DNA of 64,000 bases from an uncultured virus (IMG/VR IMGVR_UViG_3300020048_000101) (IMGVR_UViG_3300020048_000101:1-64000); one strand, 5' to 3'; counted from the first letter of the stretch, positions 42,009-53,122 are shown. Notes: generated by a model from the sequence alone, not told the origin. Numbers and translations: made by a program.

Positions 42009-42443
42009 ATGACAATTAAACAAGCGTTAAAAGAAAAAAACCGATTGATTAAAGCAATGGACGATGAATTCAAAAAAGTGTACTTGTACAACTCAATTGA
42101 TGAGAATAATGTTAGACCTTACTCAACAATGTCTTCTTTGACAAACATTATGATATTAGAAGAAGGTCTAATCGACATTAAAACCAAAATCCATAGAGCG
42201 AACATTGGTGTTTACGACAAAATTTTTAGATTATCTGAATTGAAATCTTTGGCCAAGAAATTTGCTCAAATTGATTGTAATGAAGGTAAAGTGACTGATA
42301 GATATGGTAGAAATACTGAACCATCAATTAAAACTGCGGAAATCTCAATTGTTGATAGAGACGTGAGAGTGAAAATGATTGAAGAAGAAATTGAGCAATT
42401 GCAAGAAGAGTTGGATACTCACAACGCAACAACATCAATATAA
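42009..42443 (+). CDS. DIP1984/DUF6847-like coiled-coil protein
   Basis: MTIKQALKEKNRL...IKTKIHRAN...LQEELDTHNATTSI pattern. Confidence 0.6.
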   Translation: MTIKQALKEKNRLIKAMDDEFKKVYLYNSIDENNVRPYSTMSSLTNIMILEEGLIDIKTKIHRANIGVYDKIFRLSELKSLAKKFAQIDCNEGKVTDRYGRNTEPSIKTAEISIVDRDVRVKMIEEEIEQLQEELDTHNATTSI

Positions 42444-42610
42444 TCTGACTTGTCGTTGAATATCAAATATATACTTAACTTCTGGGATGTTCGATGTTTA
42501 TGAATGTGATGCCGACTCAAAGTTCAACTATCAAAATTATTCAAGGTTCACCAATTAAACTTTAAAACTCGTCTAACCTGATATTTGTTTTTCGGCGCAA
42601 TAAGATTATA
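42439..42610 (+). ncRNA. structured 3' RNA: long closing stem enclosing heptameric T(C/T)AA repeats
   Basis: TATAATCT/AGATTATA, CGTTGAA/TTCGGCG and CAAATAT/ATATTTG pairings; repeats at 7-nt spacing. Confidence 0.6.
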
Positions 42611-42615
42611 TCTCA

Positions 42616-42645
42616 CCCCTCATCTGAAAAGGTGGGGGGTTTTTT
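42616..42645 (+). terminator. intrinsic terminator
   Basis: ACCCCTCATCT-GAAA-AGGTGGGGGGT-TTTTT. Confidence 0.8.
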
Positions 42646-43150
42646 AGTAAAATACTATATCATCAATATCGAACCCTTCATCATATAATTGTTCTTGAAC
42701 AACTTTTGTATCTATGACATCAATAAACTCTAACATTAACGCGGGACTTGAGTGTGAGAATTCGGGTCTAAAATCACCATCATTATAATCGTTATTCAAA
42801 CTTTTAATAAGTGGGTCGTAGATTGATTTGTTAGTATGTTTATATTCTTGTCTAACATCAGGGCTTGAAACACCAAAAAGTTTAAGTGAAGTTTCTAATT
42901 CAGATAGATACTCATCCATATATAATTTGTTCACCTCATCATTGTATTCTTGACTGAAGTTAGGGTTGGGGTTGTTTCTATTTCCTCTCCAAAACTTTGA
43001 ATGGTCAATTATGAATAGGACGTAAACTATTTGCTCATCCCTATTCATCAGAGTATTTCTGGTGTTGATGACTATCTCATAATCAACTTTTGGTTTTATT
43101 ATGCGATTGATATATTTTGTTAATCCTTTTTTTAAAGTATCTTTATCCAT
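42644..43150 (-). CDS. hypothetical protein
   Basis: 168-aa ORF divergent from 43183. Confidence 0.55.
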   Translation of the reverse strand: MDKDTLKKGLTKYINRIIKPKVDYEIVINTRNTLMNRDEQIVYVLFIIDHSKFWRGNRNNPNPNFSQEYNDEVNKLYMDEYLSELETSLKLFGVSSPDVRQEYKHTNKSIYDPLIKSLNNDYNDGDFRPEFSHSSPALMLEFIDVIDTKVVQEQLYDEGFDIDDIVFY

Positions 43151-43168
43151 TATTTTAAATTATTTGTA

Positions 43169-43180
43169 TATTTATAAATA
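43169..43180. promoter_or_regulatory. palindromic TATTTATAAATA, putative bidirectional phage late promoter
   Basis: lies in the 32-bp gap between divergent ORFs; TATTTAT on both strands. Confidence 0.55.
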
Positions 43181-43182
43181 CT

Positions 43183-43866
43183 ATGAATGACGAGATGTAT
43201 GTAAAAATGTTAACAAAATTTTTCAAAGGGAAAGTTAACGTTGAGGGGATTCTATTTTACCCTATTGGTATTTATGATGCTAATATGGGTCCTGATATTC
43301 TGAAATTTAGAATGGAGAACCCTAAAAATCTTTCATATACTCAATCTGGAGTCGAATCATTACTTGATGACCAGGTTAGTTTTTTTAATAAACTTGGGGG
43401 TATGGGGGAACACTCACGATTTACAGCTAAGGTTGAGAATATCGAAGAGATTTACGTACAAGAGGATATTAAAAGTATAGTTAATAACGTATTATCTAAA
43501 GTTACTAAATTAAAAACTAATTTTTACGAAGATGAAGAAAGTAATCTGTCTGTTTATGATATATTGATTATTGACCCGGAATACGTTACTTATGAAATGG
43601 ATGATGATTTTGTTAGGATAAATAATTTTGTTAAACTAATTAAGGCTTATCAATATGACAGAACAACTGATGAATTAATAAAAGAAATATCTATTGAAGA
43701 TGCTATTTCAGGTTATGAATGGTGGCAATCCCGTCATACATATGATGAAACTGAAATTAATTATCCTGAACTTGATGTAATATTTAGTGATAGTGAATTA
43801 GGGATTTCTAGATTTATTGTTGCTGAATTCCAAGCCCCATATGTGGTGACCAATTTTGAAATGTGA
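43183..43866 (+). CDS. acidic hypothetical protein
   Basis: 227-aa ORF. Confidence 0.55.
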   Translation: MNDEMYVKMLTKFFKGKVNVEGILFYPIGIYDANMGPDILKFRMENPKNLSYTQSGVESLLDDQVSFFNKLGGMGEHSRFTAKVENIEEIYVQEDIKSIVNNVLSKVTKLKTNFYEDEESNLSVYDILIIDPEYVTYEMDDDFVRINNFVKLIKAYQYDRTTDELIKEISIEDAISGYEWWQSRHTYDETEINYPELDVIFSDSELGISRFIVAEFQAPYVVTNFEM

Positions 43867-44408
43867 GTATGAAAATATTAATAACTGAAGAACAATTAGA
43901 GGTCGTAAGAAAACGACAAAAAAAACAATTACGTTTGATATGGAGTGTTAGACCATATTGGGATGAGGTTTATTTAATTAGTGTCGGGATTAAGAATGAT
44001 TGGAAAGCCCGTGAAAAGGCAATGAGTTGGTTTATAGAATTTCTTGGGGATGAAGTAATTAATAAAAGATTAGAAGATACTTTTGGAGGGACTGATTTAC
44101 GTATTGATAATTGTGGGACTTATAATTTTGAATTTGATATCGTGGATTATACTTTGTATGATGAAAGTGGAGGTACTGAAGAAACACCTCATTTTGTTCT
44201 TGAAGTTGATTGTAAAGTTGATATAAAACGAGGTGTTGTTACTATTGATGATGGAGAAATGCCGTTAGGGTATGCACTACAAAATGATGATTATGGTTGG
44301 GAAGTTAATGGTGAAGTTATGTCGTGTATTGGTGATTATCTATATCGCAAATTTGATTTATTGAAAAATACGGGGATTGGTCAAATTGATGTTAACTTAG
44401 TATCATAA
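43863..44408 (+). CDS. hypothetical protein with IIxE leader
   Basis: MKILITEEQL. Confidence 0.55.
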   Translation: MSMKILITEEQLEVVRKRQKKQLRLIWSVRPYWDEVYLISVGIKNDWKAREKAMSWFIEFLGDEVINKRLEDTFGGTDLRIDNCGTYNFEFDIVDYTLYDESGGTEETPHFVLEVDCKVDIKRGVVTIDDGEMPLGYALQNDDYGWEVNGEVMSCIGDYLYRKFDLLKNTGIGQIDVNLVS

Positions 44409-44439
44409 AAAAAACCCACCTGTTAAGATGGGGATTTAA

Positions 44440-45049
44440 TTATTTAATATCGTTTGATTCGATTAATGTGTAGGTAAAAGAGTTACCGTGAATTTTTGAC
44501 GATTTTTTAATTATCTTCATAAATTCATCAAAGTCTTTAACACGTTTGAATACCTGACATCCCTCACTCCAATTTTCAACCCAAGTAGAATCTTTACCTG
44601 CTTTATGGATGTTGATACCAAAAACACCTTCATCANNNNNNNNNNATCTTTGTTTCATCAAAAATCAAATCTTTATTTTTATCACGATAAACTTTAACAG
44701 GTTTTGCTTGTCTTAGAGCTTCGTATTTACCTTGGTGTAACCCTAATGCGTGTGAACCTCTATATTGACCTTCAACAAGTCTTGCAACACCATTAACGTT
44801 GTGGTATTCCATAACACCTTTCTTACCTGGTTCAGTGGTGTTCATCCATTCGTGGTATTGCCAAACACCTTTTTCATCTTTATAAGATAATGTTAAGGTA
44901 TCATCAAAGACATTCGTTACTTTATTTCCTGTTGATGAATTTCTAACTCCAATGATATTTACGTCGAAACCTTTATTAGTTGAATCATCAAAGTAAACAT
45001 AACCCTTAGATTTAACGGCTGACTCAATTTTTTCTCTTGAATATAACAT
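44440..45049 (-). CDS. putative peptidoglycan hydrolase/L,D-transpeptidase-like protein; one gene split by the N gap
   Basis: removing Ns 44636-44645 gives in-frame ...DETKIDEGVFGINIH...WSEGCQV (His/Cys motif). Confidence 0.6.
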
Positions 45050-45207
45050 AATTTTTATTTTTTAGTTTATTTTAATAATAAATATGTTGTTATGATATTT
45101 ATGTTTTTAACCCCAAAAAATTATGGAAGAGATTATAGATGATTACGATAACGATTTTGGTGACCACAGTACAACTAGTTTTTAATTAGTGGTGTGTATT
45201 TATTAGT

Positions 45208-46179
45208 ATGACTAAAAGAGAACGACTAATCGAAATTATTGACAGATTAAATGATGGTGATGATATTACTGATGTTCTTACCTTATTTCGTAGTATGGAT
45301 AACTTAATTAATGTTATTACTAAGGAAGGACTTTTAATGATGTTAAACCCATATGGGACAAGTTTTAATTCTGATTATCAAGGTCAGGTATTATTAACTA
45401 TGTTGAATAACGATATTGGAGGTGATGTGTTAAGAACTATTGCTGAAGAATGTTTTAGGGATGTTCTTGAGGAAAATGGTGAGTATTATTATATAGGTTC
45501 TTATGGTGATGGTGAATTATCTGATTTAAAAGAATTATTCGAAACGAGTAGTAATTATTCCTGTGAAAGAATTGCAGATGCTATCTTATCTAATGAATAT
45601 TATGAAATGTTTAGTATAGATAGAGTTGATGTTTTTGATGACGTGGTTAACCAATTAAATATTGAAAACCAAGAACGATTAAAAAAACATATTTTAGATA
45701 AACATCGTGGTTTTGAATTTGATGATGGGACCATATTAGGTGATGATAATGTGATTGATGCAATTAATGACCAAAGTTATTTTGACGAGATATATGCAAT
45801 GGATGATAACTTGGAACAAGAACTTTATAATGTCTATAGTCAAGCCTACAATAACGCTTGGGAAAGTGAACAACAAAAATATGTTTTTGGGGCGTTAACT
45901 GAGTATTTTGATATGGATAACCTTTGGGGTAAAAATGAAAAAGGTGATTGGAAATTAAAAATAAGAATACCTAACTTTGAACAGATTGTTAGTGATTATT
46001 TGGTAGAAACGATTGATGGGTATCCATATGAACCAATAGATTATTTTGGTAATTTCATTTCAATTCTAACTCTGTTAATGAGTAATCATCGTGAATATAA
46101 GTATTTGTCATTTAGAATTATTGAATACCCTTATAATGTGAAAGAACATATTAATGAGTTATTCGGTGATTATATATGA
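45208..46179 (+). CDS. acidic hypothetical protein
   Basis: 323-aa ORF; TATTTAT 4 nt before ATG. Confidence 0.55.
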   Translation: MTKRERLIEIIDRLNDGDDITDVLTLFRSMDNLINVITKEGLLMMLNPYGTSFNSDYQGQVLLTMLNNDIGGDVLRTIAEECFRDVLEENGEYYYIGSYGDGELSDLKELFETSSNYSCERIADAILSNEYYEMFSIDRVDVFDDVVNQLNIENQERLKKHILDKHRGFEFDDGTILGDDNVIDAINDQSYFDEIYAMDDNLEQELYNVYSQAYNNAWESEQQKYVFGALTEYFDMDNLWGKNEKGDWKLKIRIPNFEQIVSDYLVETIDGYPYEPIDYFGNFISILTLLMSNHREYKYLSFRIIEYPYNVKEHINELFGDYI

Positions 46180-46889
46180 GTGAAGTGATTAGTAAGATGG
46201 TGAAAAAGATTGTTGATAAACAATTGGAGTCTGAGCCTATTAATTATGACAAACTTATTAAAGAATTGGAAAAATTAAAACAAAAATTAAAATCTGATGT
46301 TGTAAATTGTGTTGATTAAGAAAAAATAAAGGATTACCTTTATTAAAAAAATAAGATATGCAAACATTAGTATTTAACACAACAACAAGAACCGCGAAAC
46401 TTTATGAAGGAGTAGCAGAAAAATCTGACATTATTATTGCTTACACTGAAGTCCCAACCGTTAAAGTTATGGATGATGGGTTTTACCAAGTAATGCAATT
46501 AGATGCAATGGAAAAACAATTGCCGGTATTACGAGTACCAATTGCTAACACGAATATGTTCGTTAAATCTTAATTATGAAATCTATTAGTCAAATCTTCC
46601 GTACTAACCGAGAGTTACTTGATGAGCCTGAAGTTCAGGAACTTGTTGATTACACTAGGGAATTGGAAGGTTTGGTTATGGATAAAAAAATTGAGGATAA
46701 TTACGACAAAGAAGATGTCTTATTAGGTATTATCCGAGATATCTATTCAAGTTGTAAAGATACTTTGGAACAAGATGAATTACACGAAAGATTTCCAAGG
46801 GAGGTTGAACCTATTGGTGATTATAAAGAAAGTCTTGTTAATTTAAAAAGGTTTATCTCAGATATGTGTAGAGAAAATAGAATTAATTT

Positions 46890-47276
46890 ATGAAGAAACG
46901 AGTTTATTTGGTTGACATTGATGGGACCATTTGTGATGATGTAAAGAATGAGGAAAGTCATTTATATTCTGAGGCTAAAGTTTATGATGGAGCATTAGAA
47001 GAGTTAAACAAATTATATGATGAAGGTAATATAATCACTTTTTTCACCGCTAGAGAAAGTAAAGACCGTGAGGTAACTGAGATTTGGTTAAAAGAAAACG
47101 GATTTAAATACCACGGGTTAATAATGGATAAACCTAGAATCAAAGGTAGGTCCGAATACGTGTGGATTGATAATGTTCCAATTCGAGGTATTACCTATAA
47201 AGGTAAATGGTCACCAATTGTTGAGAAACAATTATTTTGTGATGAAGTTAAAACTATGTTAATGTTTAAGAAATGA
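46890..47276 (+). CDS. HAD-superfamily phosphatase-like protein
   Basis: VDIDGT, FFTAR, MDKP, WIDN. Confidence 0.8.
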   Translation: MKKRVYLVDIDGTICDDVKNEESHLYSEAKVYDGALEELNKLYDEGNIITFFTARESKDREVTEIWLKENGFKYHGLIMDKPRIKGRSEYVWIDNVPIRGITYKGKWSPIVEKQLFCDEVKTMLMFKK

Positions 47277-47685
47277 AAAAGGTAAAATTAGTTTTAGGGG
47301 AGAACGGAGAATCTTATCTATTATCCTATGATGATATAGTTCTTGGTGATGAGGTTTGTGAGTTATTAACAACGGGTGAATGGTCACCATTGACGATTCA
47401 TACTCTTAATGATATTGATAAAGAAAGTCAAAAGAAAATCATTATGTATGGTAATGAGATTGGATGGGTAATAGATACTTTTGATTACGAAACAGAAAAA
47501 GCTATTTGGGATTTAAGACATCACAGAGAAATTGAAAAATTGGATATTGATGCGATATTTGATAATGATGGTGATTGTTATCTTGATATGATAATCATTG
47601 AAGGTGATTATTGTGGGTATAGAATACCTCATCTAATCGAAAATAAGGGAGTAATAAGAAAAGGGGTCTAAATCGACCCCTTTTT

Positions 47686-48021
47686 CTATTTCAAAGGTAC
47701 AATGGTTACTTTAATAACCCCAACCTTATGGTTGGATAACTTACCGAATGATTTTTTACATAAATCAATTCTGTTTGCCGATTTATTACCCATCCTATCT
47801 GTGACTTCAACAGTGTCTGTTTTGTCGTTAGACAGGTTAGTTACGACTAGTTTAGTGTGTAGTGGTAAGTTATTGTACGCTGCGGTCGAATGTTCCCTAT
47901 GAACTTTAGGGTGACCTGATGTATCATACCAAGTTGCGGTATGAACATTTGGAATTACATTTCTTGTTGTAAATGTAAAAGAATAAAATGTAAGACCTAA
48001 TAATAAAAAAATTGTCTTCAT
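47686..48021 (-). CDS. RlpA-like double-psi beta-barrel protein (lytic transglycosylase-like)
   Basis: ATWY, TAAYNNLP, V.VTDRM, IDLCK..F..L. Confidence 0.8.
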   Translation of the reverse strand: MKTIFLLLGLTFYSFTFTTRNVIPNVHTATWYDTSGHPKVHREHSTAAYNNLPLHTKLVVTNLSNDKTDTVEVTDRMGNKSANRIDLCKKSFGKLSNHKVGVIKVTIVPLK

Positions 48022-48088
48022 AGTTTATAAATATAAATTAACAATAGAAGAAAGGAAAGTATTGGGGTATTTATAGATAAAACGAACG

Positions 48089-48235
48089 ATGAAGACAAAG
48101 ATATTAGTTACCGAATCACAATATAAGAAATTACTATCTCAATTAAATGAGGATAAAACTACTAAAGAAATTGTGGATTTAAAGGGGGATGTAAAACTTG
48201 AGTCAAAAATTAAATCCGATAGTAATAAAAAGTAA
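48089..48235 (+). CDS. 48-aa peptide consisting mostly of the IIxE leader (absent from ORF track)
   Basis: MKTKILVTESQYKKLLSQLNEDK...; TATTTAT at 48068. Confidence 0.5.
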   Translation: MKTKILVTESQYKKLLSQLNEDKTTKEIVDLKGDVKLESKIKSDSNKK

Positions 48236-48245
48236 ATGTTTTAGA

Positions 48246-49928
48246 ATGAGAAATTTATTAGTCGAACAAATAAATAAGATACAATCAATAATGGGTGTGA
48301 AGTCTGAGATTATATTAGAAGCGTCCAAATTAAAAATATTAACAGATAAAGAAGGGTTAGACCAAGACCAAGCGGAATTACTTGATGAAATATGTGGTGG
48401 TTTATCGGTTTGGATGGTAGGCCGTATTAAGAACTATTTAATGGTCGTAAGTGCTACCATTTCAAAATTTAATGATGAAAGACAAGGTGCAGGTTTAAAT
48501 AAATTCATCATAGACGAAATTAATAAAAACAGTTATGTCAACAGATGGCGTCAGGATATTATTGGAATTATGGATTGGATTCGTGTTGGTTTGGATGGTA
48601 ATGTAAAACCATTTAAAAACTTACAGTTAGACGAACTAGTTAGAAAGTCTAAGGAATGGCACGATTCGTTAGGGTTGGGTGATGGTGATATCAATTATGT
48701 TGAGAAAAATGAGATTATAAAAGATTTCCGTGATGAAAATGGTAATGGATTCTATTGGGCTGATTTAAATACTAAGGATTCAAAAGAAGAATCGGAAAGA
48801 ATGGGACACTGTGGACGTTCAATTTATGGTTATATATACTCATTACGTGAGACAAAACCAATTAATAATAAATACACAATTAATAGGAGTCATTTAACTG
48901 CCGCAATTGGTAATGATGGTGTTATGTATCAGTTAAAAGGTGCTAAAAACTCAAAACCAAAAGAAGAATATCATAACTACATTTTACCATTATTTTATGT
49001 GTTAGGTGGTAAAGGTGAGGAAGATGACTACTTAGTTCAAGGATTCGGTAGTGAATATGCGGCACAACAAGATTTTAAATTAACTGATTTACCTGATGAG
49101 GTAATTAAAGACTTATATCAAAATAGACCTGAATTGTTTGAAGGTAGAGCAATGCAAAGAAAATTAGTTGATATGGGTATTATTGAAAAGGGAAATGTTG
49201 ATTATAATATTACACTTAATTTGGACCCAGATGATATCGGTAGATATGTTGATGGTGACTATGTTTATAGAAGATATAAGAAAAAAGTAACAACACCTGC
49301 TGGTGCAGAATACGATAAAACTGTTGAGGTTACAATGTTTGAAATGATATTGGCTGGAGAAGCTTGGGAATTATGGGACCACGATGGTTCTGATTGGGCG
49401 TCGGCTTTACAATATTATGTTGACGATAAAAATGAAACTGAAATACGTACAATATTAAGAGAAATAGCTCAACGGAATGATGATGAATTCGTCGAAGAAG
49501 ACTTTAACGAAAAAAATCTTGAAGAATTAATTGAAGAATATGATGATGATTATAATATTAGAAGTGCGATAGGTAATGCTCAAAGTAATGCTGAGGCTGA
49601 TGATTATAGTAATCATTTATACAATGAATTAAAAGATGCTTTAGAAGAATATGGTACTATTGAAAAAATGGATGACACAGGCGTTATATTACACATAAAC
49701 GTTGAGCCATATTTAAATGAAGTTGGTGATGACTATTTGGATGACTATATGGAGAGATGTGATGATGATATTAAATGTGTATTTTATGAAATGGTTTCCG
49801 GTGACGATATTGATAAACCAAGATGGAACCCCGATGATAGATGGTCTCCTGATGTTAATGAAGGTTACTTTAATGAAATGTTATCCGATTATCTCCACGA
49901 TGCTAAAAGTAATTATGGAATTCAATAA
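48246..49928 (+). CDS. PcfJ-like domain protein with acidic C-terminus
   Basis: SKEWH, ESERMGHCG, YSLR, QLKGAKNSKP. Confidence 0.55.
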   Translation: MRNLLVEQINKIQSIMGVKSEIILEASKLKILTDKEGLDQDQAELLDEICGGLSVWMVGRIKNYLMVVSATISKFNDERQGAGLNKFIIDEINKNSYVNRWRQDIIGIMDWIRVGLDGNVKPFKNLQLDELVRKSKEWHDSLGLGDGDINYVEKNEIIKDFRDENGNGFYWADLNTKDSKEESERMGHCGRSIYGYIYSLRETKPINNKYTINRSHLTAAIGNDGVMYQLKGAKNSKPKEEYHNYILPLFYVLGGKGEEDDYLVQGFGSEYAAQQDFKLTDLPDEVIKDLYQNRPELFEGRAMQRKLVDMGIIEKGNVDYNITLNLDPDDIGRYVDGDYVYRRYKKKVTTPAGAEYDKTVEVTMFEMILAGEAWELWDHDGSDWASALQYYVDDKNETEIRTILREIAQRNDDEFVEEDFNEKNLEELIEEYDDDYNIRSAIGNAQSNAEADDYSNHLYNELKDALEEYGTIEKMDDTGVILHINVEPYLNEVGDDYLDDYMERCDDDIKCVFYEMVSGDDIDKPRWNPDDRWSPDVNEGYFNEMLSDYLHDAKSNYGIQ

Positions 49929-50466
49929 AAAAGTTTAATAAAAAAATGGAACCCCTCTCGTAAGATTGGGGTTTTTTGTTTATATTTGTTGAAACGATAA
50001 GAGATATGGAAAGATTTTCAATGAGAGAAGTGTTAAAGGAGAAATTTGGAGAACCTGAAAAAAACGTTACAACTGCGAAGTCAACTAAAAAGGCTGAGAA
50101 GAAAAGTACGGGTAAGTACATTGTTAAGATAGTCGATGGTGTTAAATATATGGTTTTAAAATAAGGGATATGAATATAGTTGGTAAAACAGTAATGGTTG
50201 ATATTGAGAACAATATCACATTAGAGAACGGGTCAATAACAATGACTGTTATACATCAAGCGTACATTGGCCAAAATCACGTTGATATTGAGTTGTCGGA
50301 TTATTCTAACGTTTTATTCTTAGGTAGAGAAATTAACGTTTCTAAGTTAAGAGAAATCTTGAAAAATATTGATATCGACTTAGATTCATTAGTTGGGAAT
50401 AAATGTGAAGAAATATTCACTGAAGAAAATATCGAATATTTACAATCGTTATATACAAAATAAGGT

Positions 50467-51003
50467 ATGCAAAAAAGAGCGGTAAGTGGTGTTGACTTTG
50501 AAAATTCATTCCAAGTTGATGGTTGGGTTAGGAAGGCAACATCCCCAAGATTTAAATGGAGTGGTAAAGGCCGGACTATAATTGATAAGATAAAATCCGT
50601 TAATTATGACCCTGAATTCTTTATCTTGGATGAGAGCTCAAAGATGTCAAAGTATGACATCGTTAATACAATCACGGGTGGTAAACGTGAAGTTAAGAAA
50701 TACCCCAAAGAAGGTTTAAAAGGTTGGTCATTGTATTCTGAAGCCTTTTTCAAGATTGCTAGTGAGAATGCCGTTAAACAGATTAGTGTTGATGTTTACA
50801 ATAAATTCGTTGAGGATTATTATAACCACTATAAGAACACAGGTTTATTTGACCGAGTAATTGAGAAAATGAATGAAGGTATTGAAGGTGTTCAGGTCAT
50901 TGGGGAATTTATCCCGATGGATGAATTAAAATTCAAAGTTGACATTATTCGTAATAGTTGGAAAAAATACCATAGATTAAGTATACTCATTAAATTAAAA
51001 TAA
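50467..51003 (+). CDS. possible PD-(D/E)xK nuclease-like protein
   Basis: G..FE..KYDIV..REVKK spacing. Confidence 0.35.
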   Translation: MQKRAVSGVDFENSFQVDGWVRKATSPRFKWSGKGRTIIDKIKSVNYDPEFFILDESSKMSKYDIVNTITGGKREVKKYPKEGLKGWSLYSEAFFKIASENAVKQISVDVYNKFVEDYYNHYKNTGLFDRVIEKMNEGIEGVQVIGEFIPMDELKFKVDIIRNSWKKYHRLSILIKLK

Positions 51004-52611
51004 TATGACATTTGAAAATTTTTTTAAGATATTAGATTGTTACAAGAGAGGGTCTGAAATGATATCAGACCTTCATTCGTTGGGGTTTGATTTAATGGAG
51101 GGGAAATATCAGTTATCTGATATTTTATACGAACAACTACAAAACTCAATACGTTTTGTATATGGTGATGAAGGATTGGATTGGGTGGAATGGTTCATCT
51201 TTGAAAATGATTATGGTGATAAGAAAATGGGGGCAAATGATGAAAATGGTGATTTAATATGTCAGACATTTGAAGAATTGTTTGTATATTTGGAAAAAAA
51301 CTGCAAGATATGAAAACAAATTCAATAGTTGATTGGGATTTATACCACGAAATGAGGGGCACACCAATTGAAATAAAAACAGGTGAGATAAAAACAGAGT
51401 TAAAAGATTATTTACCCCCGATTACGGAGATAATAGAATTCTATCGTAAGATTTATGTTGGTAAAGAATTTGTGTCTAAAGATGAACACGGGCCAGAAAC
51501 TTTTGGGTTTATTAAAGACATTAATTTAACTATTAATGTGACTAGAGATAAACACACTCAAAAAGAAATTGAAGATGGACATTTAAATTTCTATCTTGAC
51601 GACTTTGAGTATAAAAAGAAATACACAGGTTATCAGATATTGGTACGTGTTATATCAAAAGACGATGTTAGTTATAATTTAAATGAAATATTTGTGATGG
51701 TATGAGAAAAGTTAAAATACCTTTAGGTGCTGCGATGACCATATTTCCTGAAATGAATGATTTGGGGAATATGCCTCGTAAGAAAAAGAAGATGATGAAA
51801 AAGAATTTTTCTAAACTCTTCGCTAAAAAATTTAATGAATGGTTAGAAAATGGAAAAGGAGAAGTCTGAAGAAGAATTATTATTGGAACGTCTAATTGAG
51901 GACGCTAAAAATTACACGTCTGGATATGAGGCGGCGTTGGACCACATTAATATGGGGTACATTCATTTATATAAACAATTGGATGGTAATGATGATACGG
52001 GATTGTTATCGGAAATGAAAGAAATATCACAAAAAATAACTAATTTAATTATAGATAGCGCGGATGACGGAAATAATGTTTAACTTTGGACTTGTAATCA
52101 TATTCTTAACATATTGTTTGTTTGTACATATTGTGGTTAAAAATTCTCGATATGATATTTTTAATAAAAAATTAAATGTTGGGTTATCACTATTATTAGT
52201 ATGTGAAATGTTAATTCTATGGTTACTAGTATGAAATATATTGTAAACACAAAAGACAAACAGATAGTAATCATTGAAGGTTTTACCAAAGACCTACAAA
52301 GTATTAAAGACATATTCAAAGGATATCAAATAATATTTCAACCGATTAAAGACGAAAAAGATGGCGGCAATAACAATGGAAACGATTAAGATTGGTAGAA
52401 CTACTTATGAAGTTAAAAGTGGTGATTACATTTTGTATAATGGGTCTTGTTATCAATTCATTGCTGGTGATAAAAGAACATTAAAACTTGATGAGTTTAA
52501 GGTGAATCATTCTTTGGTGATGCCGAAGACATTGGTTAAGAAAATACCATTTATTCGAATGACTAAAGTAAATTCTAATTTAAGTGGGATTGATTGTGTA
52601 AAATGGTATTT

Positions 52612-52935
52612 TTAAATAAAAGGATTACCACTTTCAATTAAAGATTTAAAAATGGTTTCAATTCGAATACACTCATCGGTGAAATTAACGGCAATTTCTG
52701 TGGGTAATTCAAACCATTCGGTCCCACCTTCTTGTCCGTATTTGGAGTATTCTCTTTTCATCATAGACTCAATCTTGAGGTGATGTTCGGACTTATAAGT
52801 TCTAAGTAGAACTAATTCGTGGGGGTTTGATGTTTGATGGGTTTTAAGTCTAATTTTTGGGTCGTTCTTTGTTATACCTATTTTGAAACGTTCAGGATTT
52901 GAACCCCACTCAACAATTAAATATATATAACCCAT
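52612..52935 (-). CDS. GIY-YIG/T5orf172-like nuclease domain protein
   Basis: GYIYLI..FKIGIT..RL..QTSNP..E..EWF. Confidence 0.85.
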   Translation of the reverse strand: MGYIYLIVEWGSNPERFKIGITKNDPKIRLKTHQTSNPHELVLLRTYKSEHHLKIESMMKREYSKYGQEGGTEWFELPTEIAVNFTDECIRIETIFKSLIESGNPFI

Positions 52936-53003
52936 CTGAGTTAAGATAAAAAATATTTTAAAAAAGTAATTGAAATTATTAGGTCAGAACAAAAATAAAT
53001 TAC

Positions 53004-53011
53004 TATATTTG
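53004..53011 (+). promoter_or_regulatory. TAnnTTTG promoter heading the ncRNA island
   Basis: TATATTTG about 10 nt before the first tRNA-like element. Confidence 0.6.
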
Positions 53012-53021
53012 TTGAAAGGAA

Positions 53022-53098
53022 ATCTGAGAGCGTAATGAGGAGCGGTTCCAAATCCTGTAAAGGTTGACTTAGTGTGGGTTCGATTCCTACCTCAGATT
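53022..53098 (+). tRNA. tRNA-like element (Tyr-GTA-like loop, irregular anticodon arm)
   Basis: acceptor ATCTGAG/CTCAGAT; T-arm GTGGG-TTCGATT-CCTAC; CTGTAAA loop in an imperfect stem. Confidence 0.5.
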
Positions 53099-53122
53099 CT
53101 AAAAGTTCTTTGAAATATTAAA

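Noticed and set aside
44633..44661. Apparent frameshift or split gene
   Set aside because: Caused by the 10-N scaffold gap; joining the flanks restores one frame (ETKIDEG).
52612..52935. Intron-encoded homing endonuclease
   Set aside because: Free-standing short gene on the opposite strand; no interrupted host gene or intron core recognised.
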